DNA from: Chiloscyllium plagiosum
Lineage: Eukaryota
NCBI RefSeq assembly: GCF_004010195.1
Contig: NW_025214922.1
Span: 1 to 39,163 of the forward strand
Length of the DNA stretch: 39,163 nucleotides
Direction: 5' to 3'
The notes beneath the pieces are model-generated. The model saw only the letters and a list, made by a program, of their open reading frames with translations, was not told the origin of the DNA and made no database searches. Position numbers and translations under genes: made by a program. Of the stretch, positions 24,354-35,584 are shown in pieces. The first letter of the stretch is position 1, and the number at the start of each line of letters is the position of its first letter.

Positions 24354-25266
24354 GAGTCATGGAGATGTACAGCATGGTCCTTTGGTCCAACCTGTCCATG
24401 CTGACCAGCTAGCCCCACCTGCCAGCACCTGGCCCATATCCCTCCAAACCCTTCCTATTCATAAACCCATCTAAATGCCTCTTAAATGTTGCAATTGTAC
24501 CAGCCTCCACCGAATCCTCTGGCAGCTCATTCCATACATGTACCACCCTCTGTGTGAAAAAGTTGCCCCTTAGGTCTCTCTTATATCTTTCCCCTCTCAC
24601 CCTAAACCTATGCCCTATAGTTCTGGACTCCCCAACCCTAGGGAAAAGACTTTTTGTCTATTTATCCTATCCATGCCCCTCATAATTTTGTAAATCTCTA
24701 CAAGGTTACCTCCAATGATCCAGGGAAAACCGCCCCAGCCTGTTCAGCCTCTCCCTGTAGCTCAAATCCTCTAACCCTGGCAACATCCTTGTAAATCTTT
24801 TCTGAACCCTTTCAAGTTTCACAACATCTTTCCGATAGGAAGGAGATCTGCCACTTCTCAGCCCATTTGCCCACCTGGTCAAGATCCTGTTGTAATCTGA
24901 GGTAACCCTCTTTGCTGTCCATATACCTCCAATTTTGGTGTCATCTGCAAACTTACTAACTGTACCTCTTCTGCTCGCATCCAAATCATTTATGTAAATG
25001 ACAAAAAGTAGAGAGCCCAGCACCGATCCTTGTGGTACTCCACTGGTCACAGGCCTCCAGTCTGAAAAACAACCCTCCACCACCACCACCCTCTGTCTTC
25101 TTCCTTTGAGCCAGTTCTGTATCCAACTGACTAGTTCTCCCTGTATTCCATGAGATCTAACCTTGCTAATCAGTCTCCCATAGGGAACCTTGTCGAATGC
25201 CTTACTGAAGTCCATATAGATCACAGCTACTGCTCTGCCCTCATCAATCTTCTTTGTTACTACTTC
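24354..25266 (-). mobile_element. 5'-truncated CR1 LINE with an internal deletion
   Basis: [13 protein letters not shown]...[10 protein letters not shown]...[11 protein letters not shown], with the 3' tail at 24354. About 290 bp present in the 36.2-kb copy is missing at ~24846. Confidence 0.95.
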
Positions 25267-25798
25267 AGTCCTCCCAAGCAGAAGTTTGTTGTACAGAGTT
25301 GCATAAAAATATAACTGGTTTAAACTAAAAGCACTTCCTTAAACTAGTTTGTGCTTCAGGAGTCGTTTCTCTCCTTGCTTTACAACGTTTAGAAAACTTA
25401 ACTCCACTGGGCAACCACTGGAGACAAATCAGTCCTAAAACTAGGAAAGAAAATCCTTAATTGTCAAGGTGGTCCAATGCTTTCAACAGTATTTGCTCCA
25501 TATTCAATGTTATTTTAATTGATAAACTTGTCAAGTTTCCTTAAGTAGAAGGAGGATTTAAATTGTTGCAAGAATAGTGAAATTGTCATTATGGTACAGA
25601 GGCAACAAAAATCAAGTCTTGAGAAATTATATGACCAATATTTGTTTGTAACCACATTCGTCTGTGTAAGAATCGTCTGACAAAATGGGGATTAAATAGA
25701 AAATCGGCATTAGACTATGGAATAAGGGAAATCAATATCAGGACAAAGACACCCCCTTCATTTGCAGATAAAATGTATCAAGATAACGTATGGTCTAC

Positions 25799-25853
25799 AG
25801 TCAGAGATGGACAGCAGGGAAACAGACACTTTGGTCCAACGTGTCCATGCCGA
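25799..25853 (-). mobile_element. Short CR1 3'-tail fragment
   Basis: agtcagagatggacagcagggaaacagacacttggtccaac..gtccatgccga matches ~36210-36265. Confidence 0.7.
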
Positions 25854-26139
25854 ATTTATTTATTTTAATTTGATATTCAGGTGATGTGTTACCAAGATTT
25901 GTCAGGACAATAGGCTGACAATCTTGTTCCAATTATGGTATAGAGATTAGATTTATTTGGTATTCTTGTAAATAAAAGCAAAATCTTTAGCTATGTGGAG
26001 GAATTGTTTCATGGCATAACAATAGACCTGGTTGTTGTAAAAATCTGTAAAAGTAAAGGTTTTCTGATTTCAAAAATTCTATATTTATAATTAAACTTAG
26101 AAGTTCTACTCCTTTGTATTTTGCACATATTTTTCTACT

Positions 26140-26455
26140 TATTCATAATAATCCAGATGTGACTGGCAAAACCAGCAAATGTTGCTCATTCCTGACTGAC
26201 CTTGAGGTGGTAAGCATGCAACTAAATTGAGTCTTAAATTCTGTCTGAAATAGACATTTGAGTTCCTTGGGTCTAGAGTCACATCTAGGCAAAACCTTGG
26301 TAGCAGGTTTCCTTTCTGAAAGGACATTATTAACTTTTTTATTATAGGTGGATTTAATTAACTGACTGAATTCCCCAGCTGCTGTGATTGAATTTGAGCT
26401 GATATCAGATCATAATCCCTGGATTAGTAGTCTATTAACAATAATCATTATGGTA
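26140..26455 (-). mobile_element. Old tRNA-SINE sharing the LINE tail
   Basis: Degraded match to 34790-35130 (tctagagtcacatctaggc, ttcctttctgaaaggacatta, ctggattagtagtc). Confidence 0.6.
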
Positions 26456-26652
26456 ACATTCCCAATCTTAAACTTGTGATGGAATAAATACTGAGGCACA
26501 TTTTCCCAATGGCTGTGAAATTTTGAATTTCAGCCATGTCAAAATGGATACTGATAATTTTAAATTTACCTGTCCCAAAAATATTGTGGAGTACCCTTAA
26601 AATTGATTTATATAATGAATGTTCTAAAGAGTATTGCCTAAATTTGGGATAG

Positions 26653-27536
26653 CTTGTCCAAAAAAAAGTCAATACATTAAGAAAAACAGAATGCAAAGAT
26701 ACTGAAAATCTCTAGTTTAACAAATGTTTACTCCTCAATTGGTTTTGTAGAAAGCTCCTCCCTAGTCCTAAATTAACAATAAGTTGTGATGCCTCCATGG
26801 TTCGATGGTTAGTTTTGATGAAGAATTACCAGTTTTGAAACCTTAACTTGGCTTTCTTCCTACAGATGCTGGTAAACTTGCTGTAAACAACATTTTTTTT
26901 ATTTCAGATCTTAAGCCTGTGCAATTTCTTTTTTTTAATTGCACATATTGAGCATATTTAGTTTGTGTCAACCATTACTTGCAGAGATATAGGATCCATT
27001 TTTAAAAAGCTGAACCAGTTAAAAGAATTAAGTGGCCAGTCAACCTTGCAATGAAAGTGACTTCTTCACTCTATCTTTGTTACTGTCACTTTATAAAGCA
27101 ATAAACAGCCTATCAGTAATGCACTGTCTAAAGTTGTTTTTTCTAGTGACTATTGATTCACTGTGGAGGATGTTTCTCTTTTTTTTAGCTAGCAAGTATC
27201 CTACAGTGAACAAGAGTACCATTCTTTGAAATTGCTCAATTCTCAATGCCTCGAGTTCTGTCGTTGTGCTCACAACCGTGCACCTGACAAGAATGTACAA
27301 GGCTACATAAACAAAAAAGACTTGTATTCTATGAATGTGCAATGGTATGTCATGCCAATAGCATAATTTCAGACTAAAGTGCCAACTAACTCTGGAAGCA
27401 TCCACAACTCCCTTATCCTTTAATTTGGGACTAGTGAGGAAGTTTCTGTAACGCTGATGAGTGAATTTTTGTTAAACTAGAGATTTCCAATATCTTTGCA
27501 CTCTGTGTTTTTTATGTGTTGACTTTTTTGGACAAG
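26653..27536. repeat. Imperfect ~145-bp inverted repeat (26653-26797 / 27393-27536)
   Basis: cttgtccaaaaaa..gtcaa.acat..aaa.acaga.tgcaaagata.tg.aaatctctagtttaacaaa...ctagtcc.aaattaa..ataag..gttgtg.atgc.tcca occurs in both orientations. Confidence 0.8.
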
Positions 27537-28088
27537 TTCTTGGCATCAAGCCTTTCCAGCAATGCCCATGTTCCAAGAATTTTCAATATGTCACTTGTAG
27601 TGGCAAATGATGTTTGTCTTTACCTTGTGGACACTAAGTATTGCATGGGTGGAAAGATGATGACAGAACCAGGCAGGCACTGCTTTGATATCATTTGCTA
27701 TCACTTTGCCTCTGTTTGTTTGTTGCCAAATATTTTTAAAATGTATGGCTCGCCTCCAATTTTTCATCCTTCCAGAAAGTTGACTTTATTCAAAACTCTG
27801 CTTTCCATGTCCTTACTCATCATTCTATTTGACCTAAGCCCCATGCCCAGTATGTGGGCTCTCAGTCCAGCTGGGCTTGATTTCTTTTCCTATCACTCCA
27901 TTGCCTTGTCCCTGTCCACATTTGTGATCCATCTGGTTCACAAATATCCTTTATGGAGAATTGCATGTCTGTTATACAACTTATCTGATATTTCATCCCT
28001 TAATTTAAACAGACAGAAAACCAGACAAGTTTTCAACATGATCACCTTCCTTAAATGTATTTCACTCTGTCTCTCCATCTTGGCCAAG

Positions 28089-28179
28089 CTGAAGAAGGGC
28101 TCATGCCCGAAACGTCGATTCTCCAGCTTCTTGGATGCTGTCTGACCTGCTGCGCTTTTCCAGCAACACATTTCAAGCT
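28089..28179 (+). mobile_element. Penelope terminal-repeat fragment starting at a hammerhead core
   Basis: CTGAAGA-A-GGGC-TCAT-GCCC-GAAAC-GTC at 28089-28116. Flanked by caagct at 28085-28090 and 28174-28179. Confidence 0.75.
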
Positions 28180-28559
28180 AATTTTTAAGCAGCAAAGGTT
28201 TTTTTTTAAAAAAAACTACCCAATGGACTCTAACTTCCAAACTAGCATAGTCTCTTTTTAAAATAAGATCTTAAAGTAATCATGTACTTCTCTTTATTTC
28301 TAATATTTTAAAGATGTTCACAAATGTGTTTATTTTTGTAGCTCAAAATGTAAATTCTGGAATCAACTTTCATTGCTTCAGAAAAGTTCAAAATACAATG
28401 CTTTCTTAACTTAGAGTATTCAAAAAAACTAGTTATTTCACCATTGAACCAAATATGAAACATTTACGAAGTTCTGTAATTAGTAAATTTTATTATTACT
28501 CAAATTATTTCACCTACCTTGTGGGATGCATGTTTTCCAAACAGAATGCTTTATGTTGT

Positions 28560-29807
28560 TGTGGTTCTGTTCGCCGAGCTGGGAATTTGTGTTGCAGACG
28601 TTTCGTCCCCTGTCTAGGGGACGTCCTCAGTGCTTGGGAGCCTCCTGTAAAGCGCTTCTGTGTTGTTTCCTCAGGCATTTATAGTGGTTTGTCTCTGCCG
28701 CTTCCGGTTGTCATTTCCAGCTGTCCACTGCAGTGGCCAGTATATTGGGTCCAGGTCGATGTGTTTGTTGATTGAATCTTTGGATGAGTGCCATGCCTCT
28801 GAATTCCCTGGCTGTTCTCTGTTTGGCTTGTCCTCTAATAATAGTGTTGTCCCAGTCGAACTCGTGTTGCTTGACATCTGCGTGTGTGGCTACTAAGGAT
28901 AGCTGGTCGTGTTGTTTCGTGGCTAGTTGGTGTTCATGGATACAGATCATTCGCTGTCTTCCCACCCCAACACACACAAAAGAAGTTGCATCAAGACATT
29001 GTTCAAAAGGGCCACAACACACTGCAGCACACCAGAACTGCAAAAAGAGGAAGAAGAACACCTCTACAATGTATTCGCCAAACACAAATACCCCCGCAAT
29101 TTCATCAACAGATGCTGAAGGGAAAGACAACGGAATGAGGACATGCCATATCCTAAAGGACTAGCCACGTTACCATACACCAAGAACATTTCTGAACTGA
29201 CAGCCAGACTACTATGACCACTAGGACTCATAACAGCACACAAACCAACAACCACTCTCGGACAACAACTCACCAGGACGAAGGACCTGATACCCAGCAT
29301 GAGCAAAACCAAGATAGTGTACAAAATCCCATGCAAGGACTGCACAAAACACTACATAGGACAAACAGGAAGACCGCTAATGATCCGTATCCATGAACAC
29401 CAACTACCATGAAACGACACGACCAGCTATCCTTAGTAGCCACATATGCAGATGACCAGCAACGTGACTTCGACTGGGACAACACTACTATTATAGGACA
29501 AGCCAAACAGAGAACAGCCAGGGAATTCCTAGAGGCATGGCACTCATCCACAGATTCAATCAATAAGCACATCGACTTGGACCCAATATACCGGCCCTGC
29601 AGCGGACAGCTGGAACTGACAACCGGAAGCGGCAGAGACAAACCACTACAAATGCCGGAGGAAACAACACAAGCGCTTCACAGGAGGCTCCCAAGCACAG
29701 GATGTCCCCAAGACAAGGGACGAAACGTCTGCAACACAAATTCCCAGCTCGGCGAACAGAACCACAACAACGAGCACTCGAGCTACAAATCTTCTCACTA
29801 ACTTTGA
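28560..29807 (+). mobile_element. Penelope-like element (Penelope/Poseidon type), 5'-truncated with an inverted 3' duplicate
   Basis: Plus part ~28961-29807: HPNTHKRSCIKTLFKRA..., GIY-YIG IVYKIPCKDCTKHYIGQTGR, REFLEAWHS. The minus part 28560-28962 repeats the 3' ~400 bp. 17-bp TSD agaatgctttatgttgt at 28543-28559 and 29808-29824. Confidence 0.93.
28594..28633 (-). ncRNA. Minimal type I hammerhead ribozyme motif (Penelope-associated)
   Basis: Minus strand GCA-CUGAGGA-C-GUCCCCU-AGAC-AGGGGAC-GAAAC-GUC-UGC: intact core, 7-bp stem II, GCA/UGC stem I, minimal stem III. Confidence 0.75.
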
Positions 29808-31059
29808 AGAATGCTTTATGTTGTGATTTCATAAAGATTAATTCACACACAAACCGTCTTGGGGGCAAGAGATTCTGAAAAATGCAGTTATCTATAGTTA
29901 GTCCTGTCAATTAAATTTACAAAACTGGTGTCTGTGAAAATTATTGATGTGAAGCACTCAAGGAACAAAATTAATGTCAGCCAGGATGACAATCTCAAAT
30001 GTAATCAAACTGATTATAAAAATATTTGTCTTGAATGCCTTTCCTAGAAATCAGTGTGGATTTATTTGTGTTGAACATTGTTATTTGCTCAAGAATCGCT
30101 GTCCTGCTCTGTGCTTAACAGATTAACTCTAACTAAATAAATTGGTGTTGACTGCAACTAATCCTTTGCAATTTGCACAAATGCAGAATCATGTCATAAT
30201 CTGGTGAAGCATGAATTCTTACCTGATGATAAAATTTATGTAATTGATGGCAGCTGACTCTTTGAGACATCGGGGTGACCTACCAGCACTCACTTGTTTT
30301 TAGTTTTACTTGCCAGTTTTTTGTTTTTTTTTTCTAAATCACTGCCTCGAGTTGTTTATTCTGCCTTTTTTTAAAAAAAATCAACATTATTACTATTTCT
30401 CCACAGGTATTTCAAACCCTACCTCAGTGCTGTTGATTCCACTATCCCTGCCTGTCAGCACTGGATGCCTTATGTGTTTGAACGAATTCACCAATCTGAA
30501 CTGAGCCCAAAGATGAGGAATGCCTGGGATTCTTAGCCCTGACTCATGTCTTGAATATCTTGAGATTTAAATGGTCCTTTTTCAAATATTTCTGGCTAGC
30601 AGATAATGTATTCAGCTTTTATTTGTCATTGTAGGCTCATTAGTTGCTTGCTTCTGTGTTTTGACAGCTACGTGGGCAAGCTTGAGAGAGCACTTGCTCA
30701 CTGGTGACGTGGATGGCTTATCTTGGCAGCTATGGGTATGTTGTTTAAACATTTCCTTGCACTGCAAAAGAGTCACAAGTCTTGCATAGCCACATTCATC
30801 TCCTTCCACAAGATATGCAAGCATTCGTGGAAGCTCTCTGGCCTCTAGTTCCAAACAACTCCATGAAATGTAGTATTTGGCTTGCTCTGCTTATCTCGTC
30901 AATCAGGGAATGCTTAGCTTACCTGTTAATGTCCATGTTGCTACTGACCCTTTTAATCAATACTTTTATTTTGGATGCTCCGCTGGGATTTAGATTCTCT
31001 TCTGTTTTCCCCAATGAGGGGAAGCAGTAGAGAAAAACCAGTGATTGGAATTGTAAGCC

Positions 31060-31207
31060 AGACTCCAGACTAATCTTCTGGGTTTATGGGTTGAAATCCA
31101 CCATGGCAGATGGTGAAATTGTGAAGGAATAAAAAGTTAGCCTAATGATGTCCATGTAACTATTGTCAATTGTTTGAAAACCCATCTGCATCTCTATGTA
31201 CTTTTAG
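31060..31207 (+). mobile_element. tRNA-SINE 5' fragment
   Basis: gggttgaaatccaccatggcagatggtgaaatt...aaaacccatctg is the reverse complement of part of the 34790-35130 SINE. Confidence 0.65.
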
Positions 31208-31750
31208 CGGGTGGAGAGATAAATGGGTGGGGCTGGGGGAAGGAAGCTGAGAGTGCAATAGGTGGATGGAGATGGGGGTAAAAGTGATAGATCGGAGGGG
31301 AGAGTGGAGTGGATGGGTGGGAAGGAAGATGGACAAATGGGACAGGTCATGAGGATGGTTGGAACTGGGGTAAGGTGGTCGGGGGGATGAGAGAATGAGG
31401 AAACATTCTCTGAACATCTCCAGGTTACCCATACCAATGAACCCACTACTCTGTGGCCGAACACTTCAACTCCCCCTCCCGCTCTGTCGAGGACATGCAG
31501 GCCCTGGCCCTTCTCTGTCACTACTCCCTTTCCACCCAACATCTGGAGGAAGAACGCTTCATCTTCTGCCTTGGGACCCTCCAACCCCATGGCATTAATG
31601 TGGATTTCACCAGTTTCCACCCCTCCCACATTACCCCATTCCAACCTTCCAGCTTAGCACAGTCTTCATGATCTGTCCTATCTGTCTATCTTCCTTCTCA
31701 CCAATCTGTTCTACCCTTCCCTCCGACCTATCACCTTTACCTCCTTTACT
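31208..31750. mobile_element. Second-family (Neptune-like) Penelope fragment with inverted 3' UTR
   Basis: Plus ~31400-31750 encodes the endonuclease end AEHFNSPS...EEERFIFCLGTLQPHGINVDF followed by a pyrimidine-rich UTR. 31208-31395 is a related UTR in reverse orientation. Confidence 0.8.
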
Positions 31751-32164
31751 ACCCAAAACCAAACCGCCACAATTGTAAGAGATTCAACAACTTCACAAAA
31801 ATGGTTATGGTTACAGTTAAATCAACGTGAATGCACACCCTCGAGCATTCTCTCAGCTTCATTTATCTCCTTATCTATCATATGCTTTCTATTTCAGCAC
31901 CTGAATATTATGACAACTCATTATAGCTAAGGGCTACCACAAAGTAATAGGAGCTTCTGCTAGGCTTGAAGGAAACCTGTGTTAAAGTGACAAATTATCT
32001 CATGGACAGCATGACTTCATATGAAACAAGTCTCAGTAACATTTATAGAAGCAAAATAGCTCTCTACCTAATGAGAAAAAGTCTGCAATCAGCACCATAG
32101 AATTACAAAGGAGAAGGACTGTTGCTCGTCTTGATCTATGTTTAAAGTAGAGTATGTATACAGG

Positions 32165-32372
32165 GAGAAAGTGAGGACTGCAGATGCTGGAGATCAGAGC
32201 TGAAAATGTGTTGCTGGAAAAGCACAGCAGGTCAGGCAGCATCCAAGGAGCAGGAGAATCGACATTTCGGGCATGAGGATTCCTGAAGAAGGGCTCATAC
32301 CCGAAACGTCGATTCTCCTGCTCCTTGGATGCTGCCTGACCTGCTGCGCTTTTCCAGCAACACATTTTCAGC
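32165..32372. mobile_element. Penelope-derived palindromic element with a hammerhead core
   Basis: Near-perfect ~80-bp arms at ~32197-32277 and ~32293-32372. CTGAAGA-A-GGG-CTCATA-CCC-GAAAC-GTC at 32283-32310. Confidence 0.85.
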
Positions 32373-32584
32373 TATGCATACGGGATACAATTTCAAAATT
32401 TGCAGATTATACAAAACTACATATTTGTGAACAGAAGTTAGTGACAGACGTCAAGAAGCTCATGGAATGATTAGACAGATGCAAAATAAAATTGAATCAA
32501 GGAATGTGAACTATTCTTGACAAGAACCAAAGGATCGAAAACTGAAGGGCACCGAAAGCTATTGGCATTTGATGAAAGGAGGAA

Positions 32585-32810
32585 CAAATTAGTGCAGATG
32601 CTGGAATCTGTACTGAAAACAAATGCTGGAGATCACAGTAGGTTAAGCAGCATCTAAGAAGGGCTTATGCCCGAAACGTCGATTCTCCTGTTCCTTTGAT
32701 GCTGCCTGACCTTTTCCAGCAACACATTTTTAAGCTCTGATCTCCAAGCATCTGCAGTCCTCACTTTTTCCTAGCATGTATGGATAGGCAGCAAGCTAAC
32801 ATTTCGAGTC
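32585..32810. mobile_element. Older Penelope terminal repeat interrupted by a younger one (32656-32772)
   Basis: The insert aagaagggcttatgcccgaaacgtcg...gcagtcctcactt is flanked by agcatct (32649-32655) and agcatgt (32773-32779). Confidence 0.7.
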
Positions 32811-32902
32811 ATCTCGGCCTTCTGTGCTGAGATTCTAAGACCTGAAATAATTTTAAATATTAACACAGTACAAGTAGTCATAAATTGATTATCGCCTGTA
32901 AA

Positions 32903-33015
32903 GGCAGAAAAACAAATTGCTGGGAAGACTCATCTGTGGGAGAAAATAGAATTAACATTTCAACTGTTCCAACAATATCAGTTTTTGTTTCTGATTTCCA
33001 GCATCCCCGTTTTTT
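32903..33015. mobile_element. Degraded Penelope-derived hairpin
   Basis: aaaacaaattgctgggaagact catctgtgggagaaaatagaattaacatttc...tttttgtttctgatttccagcatc is related to 14456-14694. Confidence 0.5.
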
Positions 33016-33089
33016 GTTTTGGGGTTTTGTTTTGCCTATAAAGGCAAATTGATTTGAGAAATTGCCAAGTCATTCTTTTTGATTGTTCA

Positions 33090-33240
33090 ACAATGCGCTG
33101 TACATTGTTTCGCCATCAGGCGCGCGCATTCACTGTTCGACTCCCCAGCCTGGAGCAGTGCGCCTGCGCGCCGGTGTTTCTGACGCATTGCTAAGTTGTC
33201 AGAGAAGGCGACGGACAATTGTTTCAAGATGGCCGCCTGG
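33090..33240 (+). promoter_or_regulatory. CpG-rich housekeeping promoter (NRF1, CRE half-site, YY1)
   Basis: TGCGCCTGCGCG (NRF1-like) at 33159-33170, GGCGCGCGCA at 33119-33128, TGACGCA at 33181-33187, and AAGATGGCCGCC (YY1 site overlapping the ATG) at 33226-33237. Confidence 0.8.
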
Positions 33241-33465
33241 TTAGTTTGGCAGTTGCAGCATCATAGCGGCTGTGCGAGAAATCTTCCATTAGTATTGTGG
33301 TCTTGCAACAAAAAGCCTTTGCAATTTCGGACTTTCGCTTTGAGCGCTGCTTTCCAGAGAGAGGCCTTGAGATGGAACTTTGACAGTGGAATTTGTGACT
33401 TTGGAAGAACACGATTTGATTCCAGTAGGTCCTGTTGTCATCAAGACAGGGATCCTATATTAAAG
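33229..33465 (+). CDS. First coding exon (79 codons) of an unidentified, probably mitochondrial-targeted protein
   Basis: Kozak AAGATGG, open frame MAAWLVWQLQHHSGCARNLPLVLWSCNKKPLQFRTFALSAAFQR...QDRDPILK, consensus donor AAG|GTGAGT in phase 0. The first 44 residues have no acidic amino acids. Confidence 0.8.
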
Positions 33466-33974
33466 GTGAGTACGTGTTGTTTGCATTGTTTTTCGAGGAA
33501 ATGTTAGATTGACATTTTGTTGAAAATAACTTCGATTATTATTGATGTTATGAAATAGCTGTATGAGTTTTGTATTTTATACGTAGGATTTGGACGTCAG
33601 TTCTCCTTAAAAATCCGTTGTGTCACATTAAATGGTAGGGTAATATGGGATATTACTGAAATTAATTTAGGCAAGTAGGACTGAAAAACATGCACTTCAA
33701 TTAGTTAAAGGTAAATTTAGAATAGAAAAGCAGCAATGTGGCTCATCATGTATGTGTTGGTGATTTATAATCTAACCACCCTCTCTAATTGCATCCTGTA
33801 TCGTTATGGTGAGATATTAGGAAGAACTTCATGCAAAGTGTTAATTATTGGTAACGAATCCAGCAGTCCAGGTATCTAAGACAAAAAAAAGGTCCAAATG
33901 CAGTTGAATTGTAAACTGACTGAAAGTTGGAAAATTAGATTGCAGTTTTTTTCTATATTGAATCATCATGTTAT

Positions 33975-35580
33975 AAATGCAGAACAGAATCTTAACAGTG
34001 CAAAGTGGCCATTGATCTGTGCCGACCCTCCTAAAGAGTCAATTTATGTACTGCTACTCCACTACCCTCTCCCCATATATCTGGCACATTTATTCTCCTC
34101 CTGTATTGAGGAACACTTGTGGCACAACAAGAGGCCACTCTGCCCATCTTACCTCAAAAATTGAACCACCCAGCTTAATTCCATTTCTTAGCACTTGGTC
34201 TGCATTCCTCTAGGTAACGGAAAATCAGGTGCACAACCAAATACCTTGTGAATAATTTGAGTTTTTGCCTCTGTTATCCCTTCAGGCAGGAGTTCTAGAC
34301 TCCTAACATCCTTTGGGTGAAAACAATCTTCCTCGTCTCCCTTCTGATCCTTATACCAATCACTTGATAGGAATGCATTCTAGTCATTGACTCTTCTGCT
34401 AAAGTAAATAAAACCTTCCCATCTATTCTTAGCAGGCCTATCTCAATTTTGTACTCCAGAAAATCTGTCCTGAGTTGTCTAAAGGGAAACAACCCCATGC
34501 CTCAATTTTTCCTCAAAGCTGCTATTTAACACTCCTGGTAACATCCTTATAAATCGTCTTTGTACCATCTCTCGTCCAGTTATTGTAATTGGGTGATCAG
34601 AACTGCAGCCAGTATGTAAATTGTGGACTAGCTAATGTATTTAGAGTTGTATTAATAAATGGCTAATGAAAGAAAATATTAATCTGTCTTGCTATCTTAT
34701 CTACCTGTCTCACTACATTCAGTACTATGGATATGCAATTCCTCTACACCTTTCCATCCTCCCATTTATTACGTATTTTTAAAATTTCTTTCACAAGAAG
34801 TGGGCATCATTGGCTAGGCCTGCATTTATTTTCAGTGCCTAATTGCCCAGAGGGCAGTTTAGAGTCAACCATATTGCTATGGGTCTGGAGTCCCATGTAA
34901 GCCAGACCAGGTAAGGACAGAAATTTCCTTCCCTAACACACATTAATGAGCTAGATGTTTTTTCCCCTAATGGTTGACAGTGGTTTCATAGTTATCTTAA
35001 TTCCAGATTTTTAAAATTAAATCAAAATTGCACAATCTGCCACAGCTCGATTCAAATCCAGTTCCCAGGACATTACTTTGGTCTCTGGATGAATAGTCTA
35101 GTTTGAATACCTCTTAGGACATTGCCTCCCCAGTTCCTCTGCGTTGTTTGAACTCCCCAGCTCATACTTCTCCAGGTTGAGTTCAATTTTTCACTTGTCT
35201 CTCGTTTGATCAGTCCATTGATTTTTTTTTTGTGTGCATTCCACAGTTTTCCTCCACCATATCAACCATGTGGCCAATGTTTTCATTGTCTGCAAATGTC
35301 TTGATCATGGCCCATATCTTTAAGCTCAAGTCATACATTTGGACAACCAAATGTAGGTCACCAAGTGTTGAAGCCCACTAGAAACAGGTTTCCAATTGGA
35401 AAAATACTCTGTCATTGTCCCTTGTATCCTGCTACTTATTTTATTTTAAGCTTGCAACAGTCCTGTGGTTCTTTTTTAAAGCAGTCAGCTGTGTGAGTCC
35501 TTGTAAAAAGTCTTGCTAAAACTATGTAGATCAAATTAATTGCACTAAGCTTTTCAATCTTCCTTGTCACCTTGCAAAAA
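33975..35580 (-). mobile_element. Old CR1 LINE 3' fragment (interrupted by a SINE)
   Basis: Translation ..LFTLAEESMTRMHSYQVIG..RRETRKIVFTQR, with RT remnants extending to ~35580. Confidence 0.7.
34790..35130 (-). mobile_element. tRNA-derived SINE with a LINE-shared tail
   Basis: ggctaggcctgcatttatt..cctaattgcccagagggcagtt.agagtcaacca...gattcaaatcc (reverse complement of a B-box). The tail matches the LINE tail at 1-150. Confidence 0.8.
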
Positions 35581-35584
35581 GTTA

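Noticed and set aside
24706..25224. 172-aa RT ORF as a domesticated gene
   Set aside because: It results from an internal deletion and frameshift in a truncated CR1 copy.
27516..28145. 209-aa plus-strand ORF
   Set aside because: It has a non-ATG start, begins in an inverted-repeat arm, ends in a Penelope fragment and shows no recognisable domain. Likely chance.
30612..30854. 80-aa minus-strand ORF with protein-like composition
   Set aside because: No recognisable family and no convincing splice sites.
33229..33465. Gene symbol assignment (SPG7, GUF1, LETM1 considered)
   Set aside because: Only a poorly conserved presequence-like exon is visible, with no diagnostic residues. LETM1 exon 1 is, from memory, much shorter.
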